From Prorocentrum cordatum (taxonomy: Eukaryota): a stretch of DNA of 64,000 nucleotides. Positions 14,401 to 27,205 of this stretch are shown piece after piece. Under the pieces are notes generated by a model. It did no database searches. It had not been told where the DNA came from and was given only the letters and a program-made list of their open reading frames with translations. Within the stretch, counting starts at the first letter, position 1; the number at the start of each line of letters is the position of its first letter. Made by a program: the position numbers and the translations under genes. Where the stretch lies: assembly GCA_963575745.1 (NCBI GenBank), contig CAUYUJ010000002.1:1736001-1800000 (forward strand), read 5' to 3'.

Positions 14401-14734
14401 GTACCAAAAAGGGGGGCGTTCATAACGGGGGGGGAACATACCAGTGCTTTTTTTCTCCCTAAGCAGAAGGAGAATATATGTTGTGCCGTATACGTTGTGC
14501 AATATACGTGGTGCAGTATCGGTGGAGCAGTTTTGTGATGCAAGCAACGCGATGCTGCATAGATGGTATGTAAACTATGCGGTGCAATCGACGTGGTGCA
14601 ATCAATGTGGCGCAATATGGGTTGTGCGGTCTCGGTGGTGCCACCTGATGGCCTCCCGCCCGTCCCTCCACCGCGCGTGGGTTGTAGGTATACGGTATGA
14701 GGTTTCGTGGACGTTCGTTTGGATCTGGCGCGAG

Positions 14735-15290
14735 GCCTCTAGGGGGCCTCTTGGAGGCAATGTTGAAGCAACTGGGGGGCTGTTTGGGGGCCTCTTGGGG
14801 CCCTCTTGTGGCCTCCTGGAGCCCTCTCGGGGCGGATAGCTGGAATGTTCGGTTCGTGGTCTCCTCTTGGTCCCCTCTTGGGACCATCTTCTTGGGCCGT
14901 TTGGGGGGTCTTTGGGCCGTATGGGAGCGACTTTGGGAGCATTTGAGCTGTGTTCGAGCGTCGGAAAGCCGAAATAGCGAGAAGACCAGAAGCTTCCAAA
15001 AGCCAATGGGAAATCAATGATTTTAGCCTGTGGGGGACCTTTTTTCGGAAGTCTTTTGGACGCCTCTTGGGGCGTCTTGGAGGCCTCTTGGACCGTTTTG
15101 GGGCCATCTTGGGCATCTTGGAGCGATCTTCAGTCTCGAAGCCCTCTTGGACCATCTTGGGAGTCTCTTGGGGCCTTGGCCCGTCTTGGGGCCCTCTTGG
15201 ACCCAGAAAAGTCACACGGGGAGACGCTGGAGAGCCCAGGGGGCACGCCGCAAACCCAGGAAGAGTTGAAAATGGTCGGCCTTGGCCCCT
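14735..15290 (-). repeat. Dispersed CTCTTGG/CCAAGAG-rich repeat family copy
   Basis: Recurrent (c/g)tcttggg motif. Related copies near 19880-20135, 20440-20580, 53590-54240 (opposite orientation) and 60080-60330. Confidence 0.8.
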
Positions 15291-16245
15291 TAAAAACCAT
15301 CAGGATCGAGGATTGAGGCAGGCCTGAGGACGCGCCCACTCCGAGCCGAAGGGCACGGTGGCGGATCTATGCGGTGCAATCTATTGAGGCGGCGGCGGAG
15401 CCGCCAGACCGGCACGCAGGCCCAGACGACGGTCGGCAAGGAGGCGGCGACGGAGCGGCGATGGTGAGCACGGAACCGCCAGACAGGCCCGCAGGCCCAG
15501 ACGACGAGGCGGCGACGAGGCGGCGACGGGACGACCACGGCGAGCACGGAGCCGCCAGATTGGCCCGCAGGCCCAGCTCCTTAGGAAAGAAGTGAGAGCC
15601 CCTAAGTGCAAGCATTGTTTGGGGATTGGAGCAAAAGAAAGAGAGAGAGAGAGAGGGAGGATGGGAAAGCATAATCAAAATTACGATACTGAGGACAAGT
15701 ATTCTGTGTTCGCTTATCATTACCATCTATGCGCAATCCTGCGTTCTGAACCCTCATCGCGAATGTTGCACTTCTGCCTCCATTTCTCAGCTCGGTCGGG
15801 GGGAAGGAGGATGAGCAACAGTGCAAACGTGAGAGGAAGGGATTGGAACAGAGGAGGGAAAAACAACGTTTTGAATGTTTCTCCTCGTTCTCAGCCAGGT
15901 CCGCGCTACTGCGCGCGCATTGTGGTAGCCTAGCCATCTCTTCGACGGAAAGTCTCCGAGCTGCGCATGAAGCGGTTGAGGAAGACATGAGAGGAAGTTC
16001 TCGACGGAAAATGTCTGGGAGCGCCCTTCGACGGAAAATCTCGGGGCGGCGGCGACAAAAGACAGGAGCTTGCGTCGAAACTACTTTCTCTCATGCTTCA
16101 GCGTTGCGGCCAGTGCCGCGATGGAAGCTTGCTGTTCTCGCGTGAACCATCGAACGAGTTCTTCCGTCTGCCATGACTCCTTCACTACGCATGCCATGAG
16201 TTACGCCTTGCGCACCTCTCTAGCACTCAAGACGTGCAGCGCCTG

Positions 16246-16620
16246 CAGCGCCCTGCGAGCCTACAGGGGATAGAGACCGCACCCCCTCCGCGCCCCATCG
16301 GACCACCCCCCTTGCGGCCTCCCCCTGTGGCGTCGAGGGAAGTGCCACCTGCCACACCCTGCGAGCCTGCAACGGATAGAGGCCACTCTCAGGGACCACC
16401 CCTTGCGCACCCCCTGTGGTGCCGAATAAGTGCAACGCCTGCCGCGCCCTGCGAGCCTGCAACGCACAGAGACAGCGCTGAGGGACCACCCCCTGCGCAC
16501 CCCCTGTGGTGCCGAGAAAGTGCCACGCCTGCCACGCCTTGCGGGCTTGCAACGCATAGAGACTTCGCTGAAGGACTACCCCCCGCGCACTCCCGCTGGT
16601 GTCGCGCCACGCCTGCCATG
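16246..16620. repeat. Tandem repeat, ~90-bp unit, ~4 copies
   Basis: gccacaccctgcgagcctgcaacg-like starts at 16351, 16441 and 16531 (period 90). Confidence 0.85.
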
Positions 16621-17849
16621 CACTGCGAATGCCACACGTACGTCTCGTATATGGCGTGTCGTTTGTATGTGTATGATGCGTATGCGGCCGTCTCGGGGCG
16701 TGTGTCTCATGTGGGTGCCCAGTGTGTTGTGCATACGTCTTGGGTGTATGATTCAGGGGGCACGCCAGGCGTGCACTGGCGTTGTATGGTGCGTCTGCGA
16801 TTGTGTGCATGCGTGCGGCGCGTGCGGCTGTATGTAGGCACGTGTCTCATGTACGTGCCGTGCATGTGTTGCGATGTGTTGCGCGTGGGGTGCCGGGAGA
16901 GAGGAGGAGGAGGAGGAGGAGGAGGAGGAGGAGGAGGAGGAGGGGAGGAGAGGAGGAGGAGGTGATGTGTGAGCTTCGCAGGTGGGGCGCGGGAGGGACG
17001 AAAACCAGAACCCCACGAAACACGTGGGGGAAACAGTTAACCACAACAAGAACAACAACAGCAGCAACCACAACAACAATAATTACTAGCACGTGGGGAC
17101 ACACCGTTCTCACCAGTGCCAGGGTTTTCATAGGAGGCGGGCAATACCCCCACTTTGTGGGGGGGCCGTTCAAGCTCTACCAAATTTCCAAACGACTCTT
17201 CGCCACCACCCACACCCAGCTTCCCGCCCTATGACGTTCGGACACTTCACTTCGTGGCATGCGGACGACCGTGGCTACTATTCAGGGCCCCGCGGCCGAC
17301 GACGACGGCGTGCGCGCGCGAAGAAAAAACGAATGTGTCCCGCATGGTATTATTTGACAGGGATGATGGCCCTGGCAGGTGCGCAACCGTTGTTGGAGAA
17401 GTTCGAAGCACGTGAAAAAGTTGCTCGCAAAAGCCCGTTTGACAGAAATGCTTAAAAAGTGTTGGGTTTGCTACAAATCCGCAAGAGCGCGCGGGATGGA
17501 ATTTTGACATTTTTTTGAAAACCATTGGTTTTTTTGATGTTTGTATGTTAAAATCGCTACGAAAACTAAGGTTTTGGAAGGATTTCGTCTTGCGCGCGCG
17601 AAAGTCCACTTTACTTCATTTTTGCCGGGGATTCTTGAAGTTTGGTTATGTTAGAACAAGAAATGTCCACTTTAGTTTATTTTTTGCAAGGGGAAACCGA
17701 TCGTAACAACACAGCCGGATCCGGACTCCCCCGTTTTGCCTGAGACTTCCTCACGAAAATGATGAAAATGAGGCTGCGGCCTAGGCGCGGCGGGGGGGTC
17801 GTGCACCAGGGGCCCCAACAATAATTATTCTTTAGAAGTAATAATGTTC

Positions 17850-17960
17850 AACCACAATAACAACAGCAGCAACAACAACAATAACAACCACAACAACAAC
17901 AGCAACAGCAACAGCAACAACAACGACAACAACGACGACGACGACAGCAACAACACCAAA
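17850..17960. repeat. (AAC/GAC)n simple repeat
   Basis: Direct reading. Confidence 0.9.
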
Positions 17961-18694
17961 AACATAACAAAGAGAGAGAGAGAGGGAACAACAACACATA
18001 CACGAAAAAACGAGGCTGAATCAGGACATTGGAGGTACACGAGTGCAGGGTGTTCCAGAGAAGGATTTACCCTTTATGAATCGAAGGGTTGTCCTCTCAC
18101 CCTCGGTGGAGGCTGGCCGAGGCCGGCGCAAGTGAAGCTTTAGTGGTTTTGTCCATGAGTATTTCCATTTTTCTCCAGCGCGGCCATTGGTGCAGTCACC
18201 GGTGAACAAGGGCAGGCCGCGTTCAAGGGGAGTTGATTCTTCTGCGCGGCAGCGCGCGCAAAATTTTCACCACTGGGGCAGCGCGAGCAAACGCGCACAC
18301 ATACACACACAACAAAAAAACACGCACCCAATACAAAACACACACCAAGAAAGAGAGAGAGAGAGAAACATCAACCTTGGCTTACCTGGTGTTTCCAACG
18401 TCGGCCGCTTGGTGGAGAGAATCCCGAGTCGCCGTCGATTTGCCGAGGCTCTCGGGATCACGCATCCAAGGGTTCAGGGGCAACGATAGGGGGGGGAGTA
18501 AGTAGGCACAGAGGGGACGCATCGACCCCCAATCGCCCACCGATCGCCGATGGGGGCCGACTCAGCCACGCCAAGCCCAGCATCGTGGGGTCGTGGGGAT
18601 CTATTGTCGGGGGCCCGTCGCCGATCAATCGGCGATGCATCGCCGATTCCAGGTCGGTGCATCCCCCCCATCTGCCAGTACCCCCCCCTAATCA

Positions 18695-18857
18695 TTAAGT
18701 CGGGCACGCCCCTCTACAGGAGGAATATTCAAAAATAGTCAAAAACATAGTCTCGGGACGATGTGTTTTGATTCTGGTTTGGCTATGCTTGATTTCTTGT
18801 TGAGTATTATTTATTTTTCGTCCCAAATCCGCCTGTAGGGGGACATGTCCGACCTAA
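18695..18857. mobile_element. MITE family A copy
   Basis: TIRs TTAAGTCGGGCACGCCCCTCTACAGG ... CCTGTAGGGGGACATGTCCGACCTAA. Confidence 0.8.
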
Positions 18858-21251
18858 CCCTACCGTTGCCCCTCAGTCCAGGGGTCCAGGCGCGCCCGTC
18901 CGCCTCCAGCTCGGCACATCACGCCTGGTGGCCTCATGGGGGACGGCCAGAGGCTACTGGCGCTGAAGGCCTTCACTCCCCGAGAGTTCGGGGGGAGCGC
19001 CGACGTCGAGTACTGCTAGCCCTGGTCGGAGGGACCGAATCAGCGACTGCAGTCCGCGGCGTGTCTGAGTCTCCGGGTGTGGGGTGTACGAACCTTCCCC
19101 TTACTCCTCCTCCCCCTCTTCTTGCTTGTCTTCCTCCTCCTCCTCCTCCTCCTCGCCCGAGTTCCGATGCCGTGAAAAACAGGGCGCAGTGTCGTGAGGA
19201 AAATCGCGGCCAGGGCTCTCGGCCCCATCTTTCTGCGGCATGCCTCGAGCCAGGTCGATCCATGAGAGTCATGGGGCCCAAGATTGGACAAATACGCCCG
19301 TTGTGTGTGTGTGTGTGTTTTTCCACGGCGCCTGGACCTGAGGGTCATCTCATCCTCCTCCTCCTCGGATGGAAGATTTGACACGTCGGGGGGGGCTCCA
19401 GAATCGCTTCTTCGCACCCTCCGTCGCAGCTTTGGCGGCCCGCGTTCGCCAGGTCGCCGCGGTAAAAGAAGCCCTCGGGGTCTTGCTTCTAAGCTCGACC
19501 TTTTGTGCAGCATCCACGGTTTGTTGGCGTGGTCAAGTTGGCCTCCCTTGTAGGTTAATTGTTCTCTCTTGCCTCTTGTGACTCTTGTGGCATCTTGATG
19601 TGGTTGCCTTCTCTGCGTTTCCATCCTCCTTCCTTCCCTCCTCCGATCAGAAGGTGGGGCAAATGAAGAGTCAACAGAGCCCGACCTTACACTTGATATG
19701 TGCCGGATGAGTGCTCACGCGAGCATCCCAAGAATGATCCATTCTAGGAGGAATGCCTTTTTCTGGGTTATCCGACAGGGATCAACATTATTGTTGTCGC
19801 TTTGTGTATCTCCACCAGCCCATCCACAGACCATGCCCAGGCGAGCTGTCGGGAGAAGGAGCATTGACAAGCATAGTGGGAGGCTTTTGGAACCATCTTA
19901 ACGCTCTCTTGGGGCCTTTGGGGGAGCCGTTGGGGTCCTCTTGGGGCGCGCTTGGGGCCCCGCTGAGGGCTTCGGGGCCCTCTTGGTAACATGTTGGAGG
20001 CCATCGAGCAACAAAAGGGAGGCGGCGTGAACAGCACTGCCCCTCGGGAGCGGAAGGACCGCGCCTTCGAGCCGTCTTGGGGCGCTCATGAGGCCGGTTT
20101 GGAGCCCTTCTGAGCCCTCTGTGGCTATCTTGGGGTCAACGTGAGGCCTCCACGGCCAGTCTCGCAGGCGATGTTTCTCCCCCATACCCCCGACTTTCCG
20201 ACGAGAGATGACGACGCTCAGAAAACGAGGGAGACCCTGCGATACCCCCCCCCAGGGGAGCTATTCGGACGCACTCCTATCGAGCATGGACGCCTCCCCC
20301 ATCGTATATCCCAGGGTTGGATTTGTGGTCCATTCGAAAACCTCACAAAGCCTGGGATAGGTGTCGGCATATCCCTTGGTACACTCGGAGGTGAACAGGC
20401 GAGAAGGCAACAGCACATGTTGAACCACCGTTGGTTTCAGAGGATGTTGGGACTTTGGGGGAGGCTCCATGGCCACCTGGCGCCATCTCGGGGTGGTCCG
20501 GTGGCTTCCTGGAGGCATGTCGGAGGTAGTTTTGAGATACCTTGGGCTATCGCGAGCCATCTTGGAGGCCATCTTGAGTGAGCTACATATGCGATGTCCT
20601 CTTGGAGCTATACTGGTAACGCTGCAGTGCCTCCCGTGGCCCCAAGGGAGGTGGGGAGGGGGAGGGGTCAGGTTCCCAGTGGAAACGCCACAAGCTGTCT
20701 CGCTCATTTCTACCCGTCCTCCACCACGTAAGTAGCACCCGAGACTCAGCATAGGCAGAGGTCGCCATTGGACGGACGGCAGTTGGGGACCAAGACAGAT
20801 GCCAGGTGCGCCGCGCGCAACAGGTGCGCCATGGGCCCCAGTGCGGCTGGTGCGGCAGATGCGCAACGTGCATCACGCGCACCAGGTGTGCCACATGCTC
20901 CAGCCGCGCCAGGTGCGCCAGGTGCGCAACGCGCTCGGAGTGCGCCAGCTGCGCCGATGCATGTGACAGTACACATCGGGCAATATGGGGACACCCCCAC
21001 CATGCTTGTCAAACCAAAACCACTGCAAAGTGGCGGCGGGGCGTGCACCCGCAACCACTTTGCATTGGCACTTGATCGGGATACGGTGGGGGCGTTGGTT
21101 AAGGAATGTGCCCAGGAGGCTTCTGACCTTGTGGGGGGCCTTATCTGATGAGGGCGGCAGTGATATCCATGGCCAATCCACGATTGGATTTCCACCCGCT
21201 TCCGGACCCTGGATTCCTTATCTACGGGCTCATTATCCGAAGCTCTCGACG

Positions 21252-21273
21252 TCCGTAGCCATTTTGGCTCAAG
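21252..21273 (+). other. Complete dinoflagellate spliced leader (DinoSL) sequence, followed by a relict SL (21274-21288)
   Basis: TCCGTAGCCATTTTGGCTCAAG is an exact match to DCCGTAGCCATTTTGGCTCAAG; it is followed by CCAGTTTGGCTCAAG. Confidence 0.95.
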
Positions 21274-24200
21274 CCAGTTTGGCTCAAGGCCGCGGCCAGC
21301 AGGCGCCGCGAGGGCGGCGCGGGGAACTGCCAGGATGGGTGCGCAAAGAGTGTGCCGCCATGGGGCAAGCAGGTCTCGCGGCGCTGTTGGCGGCGGTTGG
21401 CGTAGAACGTACTGGGTCTGCTCCTGCGGGCAGTGGTCCTACGCAGCCAGAGGGCGGTGTTTTGGCTGCAACGCCGTGGCCCGCCCTGGGCGCGGGTGCG
21501 GGATTCGGCGGAAGACGGCCCACCTGTGCCCGACGCGGACGGGTTCGTCAAAGCGGACAAGGGCAAGAAGGGGCGGCGCAAGGCCCCAGCCGCCGCCACA
21601 GCCTGGGCAGGCAAGGCCTCGGACGTGGACAACGGAGGTGGCAGCAGCAGCCAGAGCAGCCCAAGCGGTGGCGCAGCCCAGCGAAGTGATTCCCGCCTGG
21701 CCGAGTTGGAGCGAGCCATCGCCCACCTGGAGGCCTGCCCCAGCCTCGGTGGTGAGGAAGACGCTTTTGTGGCTGAGCGGTTGGCCGCCCTTCGAGCCAA
21801 GAAGGACCAGGCGGCTGCAGACCTGGCTCGCGACAAGGAGGCTGGCCTGTCCCCCGCGGCACGCGGCAGCCAACAGTGCCAGCAAGGCAGAGCGCAGGGC
21901 TGTGGCCGCGCACAGGGCGCTCGAGGCGGCCGACGCCGCGGTGGCCGCTGTTCTTGCAGCTGCGGACCCTTCCGACGGCGCACCAGGCGGGCAACTTTGC
22001 GGACGCGTGGCAGTCGCCCATGCAGCAGTTGCAGGCAGTCGAAGGACGTTTCGCCGACCGCGAGAGTTCACCTGCCACCAGTGTCCGTGAACGGTGGAGT
22101 GACACCTGCCCCGTCGACGGCGACGAGCTCGACTCCGACTCTGACCTTGGCCTGGTGGGCGGGGTGGCACCAGCCGCTGGCCGTGGGCAGGCGGAGCGGC
22201 TCCCGCCAGCCGCAGGGCCGCTCGGGTGCCAAGGAGTGTTGTGCGCGAGCTGGCGGCAGAGGCACGCGACCTGGGTCCTCTGGCGACGATGCCTTCGGGC
22301 CACACTGCGGCGGCGGCAGGCGGGAAGCAGCTGCCTTAGCCCCAGTCGCCCGAGGCGGTCTGCCAGAGCCGCCCAGCTCAAGCTGGCCGAGGCGCCCCCC
22401 CGAACGGCTTCGGCGGCTAGCCTGGGCACGATCAAAGGTGCCACCTGGGCAGAGGCCAGAACGGCGATCGAGCAGATCCGAGACGGGGGCGACCAGGTTG
22501 ACGTTTTCCTAGTGCAGGAGACCCGTTTCACAGGAGTGCTCGCGGCCTCCTCGGCTCGGGGTTGGCGTTCGAGGACTGGTCTCCAGGCTGCTTTTGGCCC
22601 CTGCATGCGCGCGGGCAAATTGGCGCAGGAAGTCTCGTCGGGGGTCCGCGTCCTGACGGCGAGCTTCAGAGGTGTGGCACCTATCGAGCAGGACTGGGGA
22701 GGTCTCTCATCGGGTGATCGCGCGTCGAGTCGCCTTCGGTGACTTCGTGGTCGTGGCGGTCAGCGTTTACCTTGATCACTCCACGAAGCTAGCGGGGGTC
22801 AGCGTCGAGCTGCTCGGCATGGCCAAGGAGGTTCTCAACGCCACAAGCGAGCACTTCATTGTGGCGGGGGACAGGAACATGGAGCCGCAGGAGCTGTCGG
22901 CGTCGTGGCGGCTTCGCTCGCCCGGGGGAGCCGCGCCGGGGCCGCCGCGCCCGACTTGCAACGAAAACGCGTGCGACAAGTTTGTCGTCTCGGCGGCGGC
23001 GGCGCTCGCGCCCCAGGTCTAGGCGCTGCGGCCGACGACGACTTACCCGCGCGTGCCCGCGCGCCTCTCCCTCGTGAAGCTGGGCGCCCTGGCCCAGGCT
23101 TGGGCGCCGCAGCCCATGCGGAGGTTTGACGTCGAGCAGAAGGTTGCGGCAGAGGCGAAGGCTAGAGCGGCGGACTTCGCCCAACATGCGCAGCGGCAGG
23201 CCCCCCTTCGAGATGCCCGAGGCCTCCCCGACGAAGCGGCGCGCGAGTTCTCCGGCGCGGCGGAGGCGCGCCTGATCAGGCTGCTCGAGATTCAGGATGG
23301 CGCTGCCTACTGCGGCAGGTCTCGTGGCGCCCGCAGAGCTCAGAAGTGCCCGATGGACCTCCAGCCCGCCGAGACGGCCAGGAAGGTCAGCCCGCTGACC
23401 AGGCTCTGGATGTCCCTGGGAAGGCTCTCGCGGCAGCTAGCGGCGGCAGCGGCGGCCCTGGCCCCGCCGCCAGGGCATCGGGCCTACATGGGGCACCTGA
23501 AGGAGGCCGGCGCTGGTCCACGCGGGAGGGCGGCTTCTTCTTGGGGGCCATCCAGGCACGCCAAGTCCGACGCCCATCTTGCGCGGCGTCGCTGGACGAA
23601 AATCGCGGACGACGCTTCGGCCGCAGGAGGCAGCGAAGCGCATGCAGTTTTGGGCGGGGGGCGCCAGGCAGGGGCCCCCCCTGCCCGCTGGTCGGCCAAG
23701 CCGCCATGGGCCAGACGTCGTTGGAGTGGAAGCGGCCATGGAAGGACAGGAGGGCCCCCAGTGGGCCGCAGCTGCGCGAGAACGCCAGGGGACCTTCGCC
23801 GCCTAGAGCTGGACAGCGACCATGGACTTGCCAGTCATCACAGGAGGAGAGGTGATGGAGGCGGCCAAGTCCTTCCCCAAGAAGACCGCCTTGGGCTGGG
23901 ACGGCTTCCACCCGCGGCTGCTGCTGCTCTTGGGCCAGGCCTTTGCGGTCCGAGCAGCGGCGCTGCTCTCCGCCTGGGAACGCGACCCCAGACCCTCTGG
24001 CCTCTTCGCGACCGTGATCGTTTTCCTGGCGAAGCCAGACGGCGGCAGGAGGCCCATCGGGCTGATGCTTGTCTAGCCGCGGCTGTGGAGTCCCATGCGT
24101 AGGCGGCATTGCGCAAGTTGGGGGTCCGAGCGCGAGCTGCCCCGAGATTTGGGGCAGCAGCTCTGAGACCAGCTTTGACAGGGCGGCCTACTTGCACAAC

Positions 24201-27180
24201 CTCTATCTCGGGCTGGCGCGCTCGAGGGGCTTCGAAGGGGCGTCAGTCTATTTCGATATCAGCAAGTTTTACGTGTGGATTGACCATCAGCTGCTCCTCC
24301 AGGCGGCAGAGGCGCGCGGGTCCAGCCCTGGCCAAGTGAAGGCGCTCGGCGTAGCGCACGCAGGCCCCAGGCGCGCCGCGGTGGACTGAGCCATCAGCGA
24401 GGAGATCTGTGTGAGAGGGTCGGTGATTGCAGTCTGATCATGTGCGCCTACGATGGCTCGTCTGATGTTGTACGACTTGCTGCTTCGCGGTCTCTTTTTC
24501 CTCCAAGTCGGACGAGTGGTCAACGTGATCGACGACGTGGCGGGGCACGGCATCGGCACGAAGCAGATCCTGGTCCGTCAGATCAGCCAGCTCGTCGCAG
24601 AGGTGGTGCTTATGCTGCGCGACACGCGCCTGCCCATCAACTGGAGCAAGACCAAGGCGCTGGCGTCGCCGGCCGACCTGCAGAGGGCGCTGCTGGCGCA
24701 GGAGAGCTGGCCGCTTCCTGCTGACGCGTTCGTCTCCGGGCGCCGCGACCATGGGGGCGACGCCACCGCAGGGGCCCACCGCAGGGTGGCCACGCAAGTG
24801 GCGCGAGAGCTGGCAGCCCTGCGGCAGGCGCTTCGCCCGGGTCGGATCTTTGGCCCAGGGCTGCGACTGGCCAAGGGCCGACGGCGAAAGCCTTTTGGGG
24901 CTCGGCTACCTCAGGAGCGCCGCCTGGCCGCACGCGGGCTCTGCGGGTGGCGGCGGCCAAGAGCGCAGGTCGGCTGGCCCCAGGGGCAGCCCTCAGCTTC
25001 GCGCTGCAATGCTCCGCGGGAGGCTGGCGCCAGGACCCCCATGCCATAGCGACGGGCGTGGCAGTGCAGGCCGTCCCGGGCGCGCCAGGCCTGGCCCTCC
25101 GCGATCAAGGCATGCCCCGGAGCCCAGCCGCAGGCTCATGCAAAGTCGGAGGCCATGGTCGGCAGTGCGTGACCCTGCGGCGGCACTGGTGCCCACCCTG
25201 AAACGCATAGGCCGGCAGCTCACGTTGGACGGCCTCGCCGTCAAGGACGAGCTGGGCGAGGAGTTCGACGCGCGGCGCTGGTCGCCCGCCTTCCTCTCTG
25301 AGCGCGCCCGCGAAGCGACCGGGAAGGCGGCGGCCATGGAGGAATACCGCGCGAGGTCCGACTCGTTTTGGCCATGGCGGTCGCTTTCAGCGCAGTCGCC
25401 AGTCAATGACTTGCTGGGCATGAAGACCACGGAGATCTGGACCCGTGACCACAAGGGCTGCCAACGCTGACTGGTCTATGCCCAGCTTGGCACGCCTGGA
25501 AGAGAGATCGTCTTCCAGCCGACCTGGGGGCGCGAGCCATCGTTGCTCGGGGCCTCGGGGAAAAGTTCGGAGAGCTGTTCGCCCGGGGCATCTTCGTCGA
25601 CGCGGCCCCCTTGTTGAAGAGACCGCTCTGGCAGCCCCGCTGGGAGCGGCACCAGATCAGATTGGGGGGGGCCCATGGTGTTGCCGCCTGGCACGCTGGT
25701 GTTCACGGACGGCCCCTGCCTCCACAGCCGCCCCCCCGCCCTCCGCAGCGCGGGCTGGGCAGTCATCGTGATGTCCCAGGGAGGCCAGGTCTCGGCGCAG
25801 GCCAGGGGGGGCGGTCCCGCCGCGAGAGGTGCCCGCCCAGTCCGCGAGGGCAGGCGAAGATTATGCGGCTGTGATTGCGTTGAGGGAGATCATCTTGGTC
25901 TACGAAGTCTTCAGCGACTGCCAGGGCACGGTGGACTTCGTCGGCAACCTGCAGCGTGCCCAGGTGCCGATCTCGCTGCGCGCCCACCTGCGGGCGCGGG
26001 TCGGCGACGCGATCGACGGCGCCGCGGCGAGGCGCATCCCAGCCCACGCTTCCGAGGAGGCGGTTCGGCTCGGAGTGGTCTAGGCGCAGGAGAGAGACGG
26101 GAACCGTCTGGCCGACCTCAGGGCGAGGATGGGCGCTGGGCCCCATGTGGCGGACGACGGCGACCTGCTGCTGCTCGAGGGGGTCTCGGCCCGAGCCCGC
26201 GACGCGGCCGGGTGCGCGGCTGAGATCGAGGTCCACATCGCCGAACACGGGGCCAGAGGCTGCTGGCCTACGGAGGCGCTGGAGGACCTCGATTTCGGAG
26301 TGCCCGGGTGGGGGGCCAGCGAGCCCAGCGCGGCGGCAGGCGCATCCCTTGGCGCGGCCGCCGCCGCCGTGATTGCGGCTTCGGCAGCGGCGGCGGCTTC
26401 GGGCTCTGCGGAGCGAGGAGGCGGCCCCCCCGCGCGGAAGCGCCCCGCGGCAGCGGGGTCGGTGGACGCCCGCGGCCTGAGCTCGGCCAACGGGCCAGCC
26501 GCCGCCGCGCCAGCGGCCGGCTGGGGGGCGGCCGCTCGGGCTCAGCTGCCATCCGCGACGGGCGACGGCGCGGCCCGCGGCCAGCCGCTGCTGCCTGGGG
26601 CATAGCCCTGGCAGGTCAGAGGACACCAGCTGATGATGGGGCGGGTGGGGGGCGAGGACAGCGAGTTCCTGGCCTGCGCCACTTGCTTTCCGAGGAGACT
26701 GCGCAGGTGGCGCCGCCAGCAGAGCCCGCCAAGGTTCGAGAGCGCAGGCGCGCAACGACCTTGAGCGCGGGCTGCTGCCAGGCTCCGAGCCGAAGAAGGC
26801 GTTTGGCTCGTTCGTGGCGCCGACGGCCGAGGCGCGGAGCCGCTGGGCGGAAATGCCGGGGCTGGGGTCGGGCGGCCACCTGGGCGAGAGCGGCCGCGCG
26901 CCCCAGTTCGGCGCAGGGCGGCGGCGAGGAGGAGCGGCCAGCCAGGCGCCAGAGGACGCGCGCGGCGGCCGCCAGCGGGGGCTTGGGCGCCAGCGCTGCT
27001 CACGGCGTCCTCATCCTGCCGCCAGTCGAGGCGCTGGCCGCAGCCTGCGGGTTTGCCTCGGCGGCGGAGGCGAGGGCCCGCGGGGCGGCGGCGCGCAGGT
27101 CGAGGGCTGCCGCAGATGCAGCGGCGGCTGCCATGCATGCCTCGCGGGCATTGCCCCCGAAGAGAGAAAAGTTCTCGACG
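21252..27180 (+). mobile_element. Degenerate non-LTR retrotransposon (LINE): zinc-finger ORF1-like, APE endonuclease, RT, RNase H
   Basis: WVCSCGQWSYAARGRCFGC zinc ribbon. APE motifs DVFLVQET, SSGV, SVYL, AGDRN, CDKFVVS (22440-23020). RT motifs TALGWDG, LAKPDGGRRPIGL, FDISKFY, VIDDV (23820-24760). RNase H motifs VFTDG..AGWA, AEDYA, FSDCQ, IPAH, GNRLAD (25690-26120). Stops and frameshifts throughout. Confidence 0.85.
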
Positions 27181-27183
27181 TAG

Positions 27184-27205
27184 TCCGTTGCCATTTTGGC
27201 TCATG
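27184..27205 (+). other. Second spliced-leader copy (2 mismatches)
   Basis: TCCGTTGCCATTTTGGCTCATG vs TCCGTAGCCATTTTGGCTCAAG. Confidence 0.85.

Noticed and set aside
21252..21330. SL RNA gene
   Set aside because: The SL is followed by a relict SL and LINE sequence, not by the GT donor of an SL RNA intron
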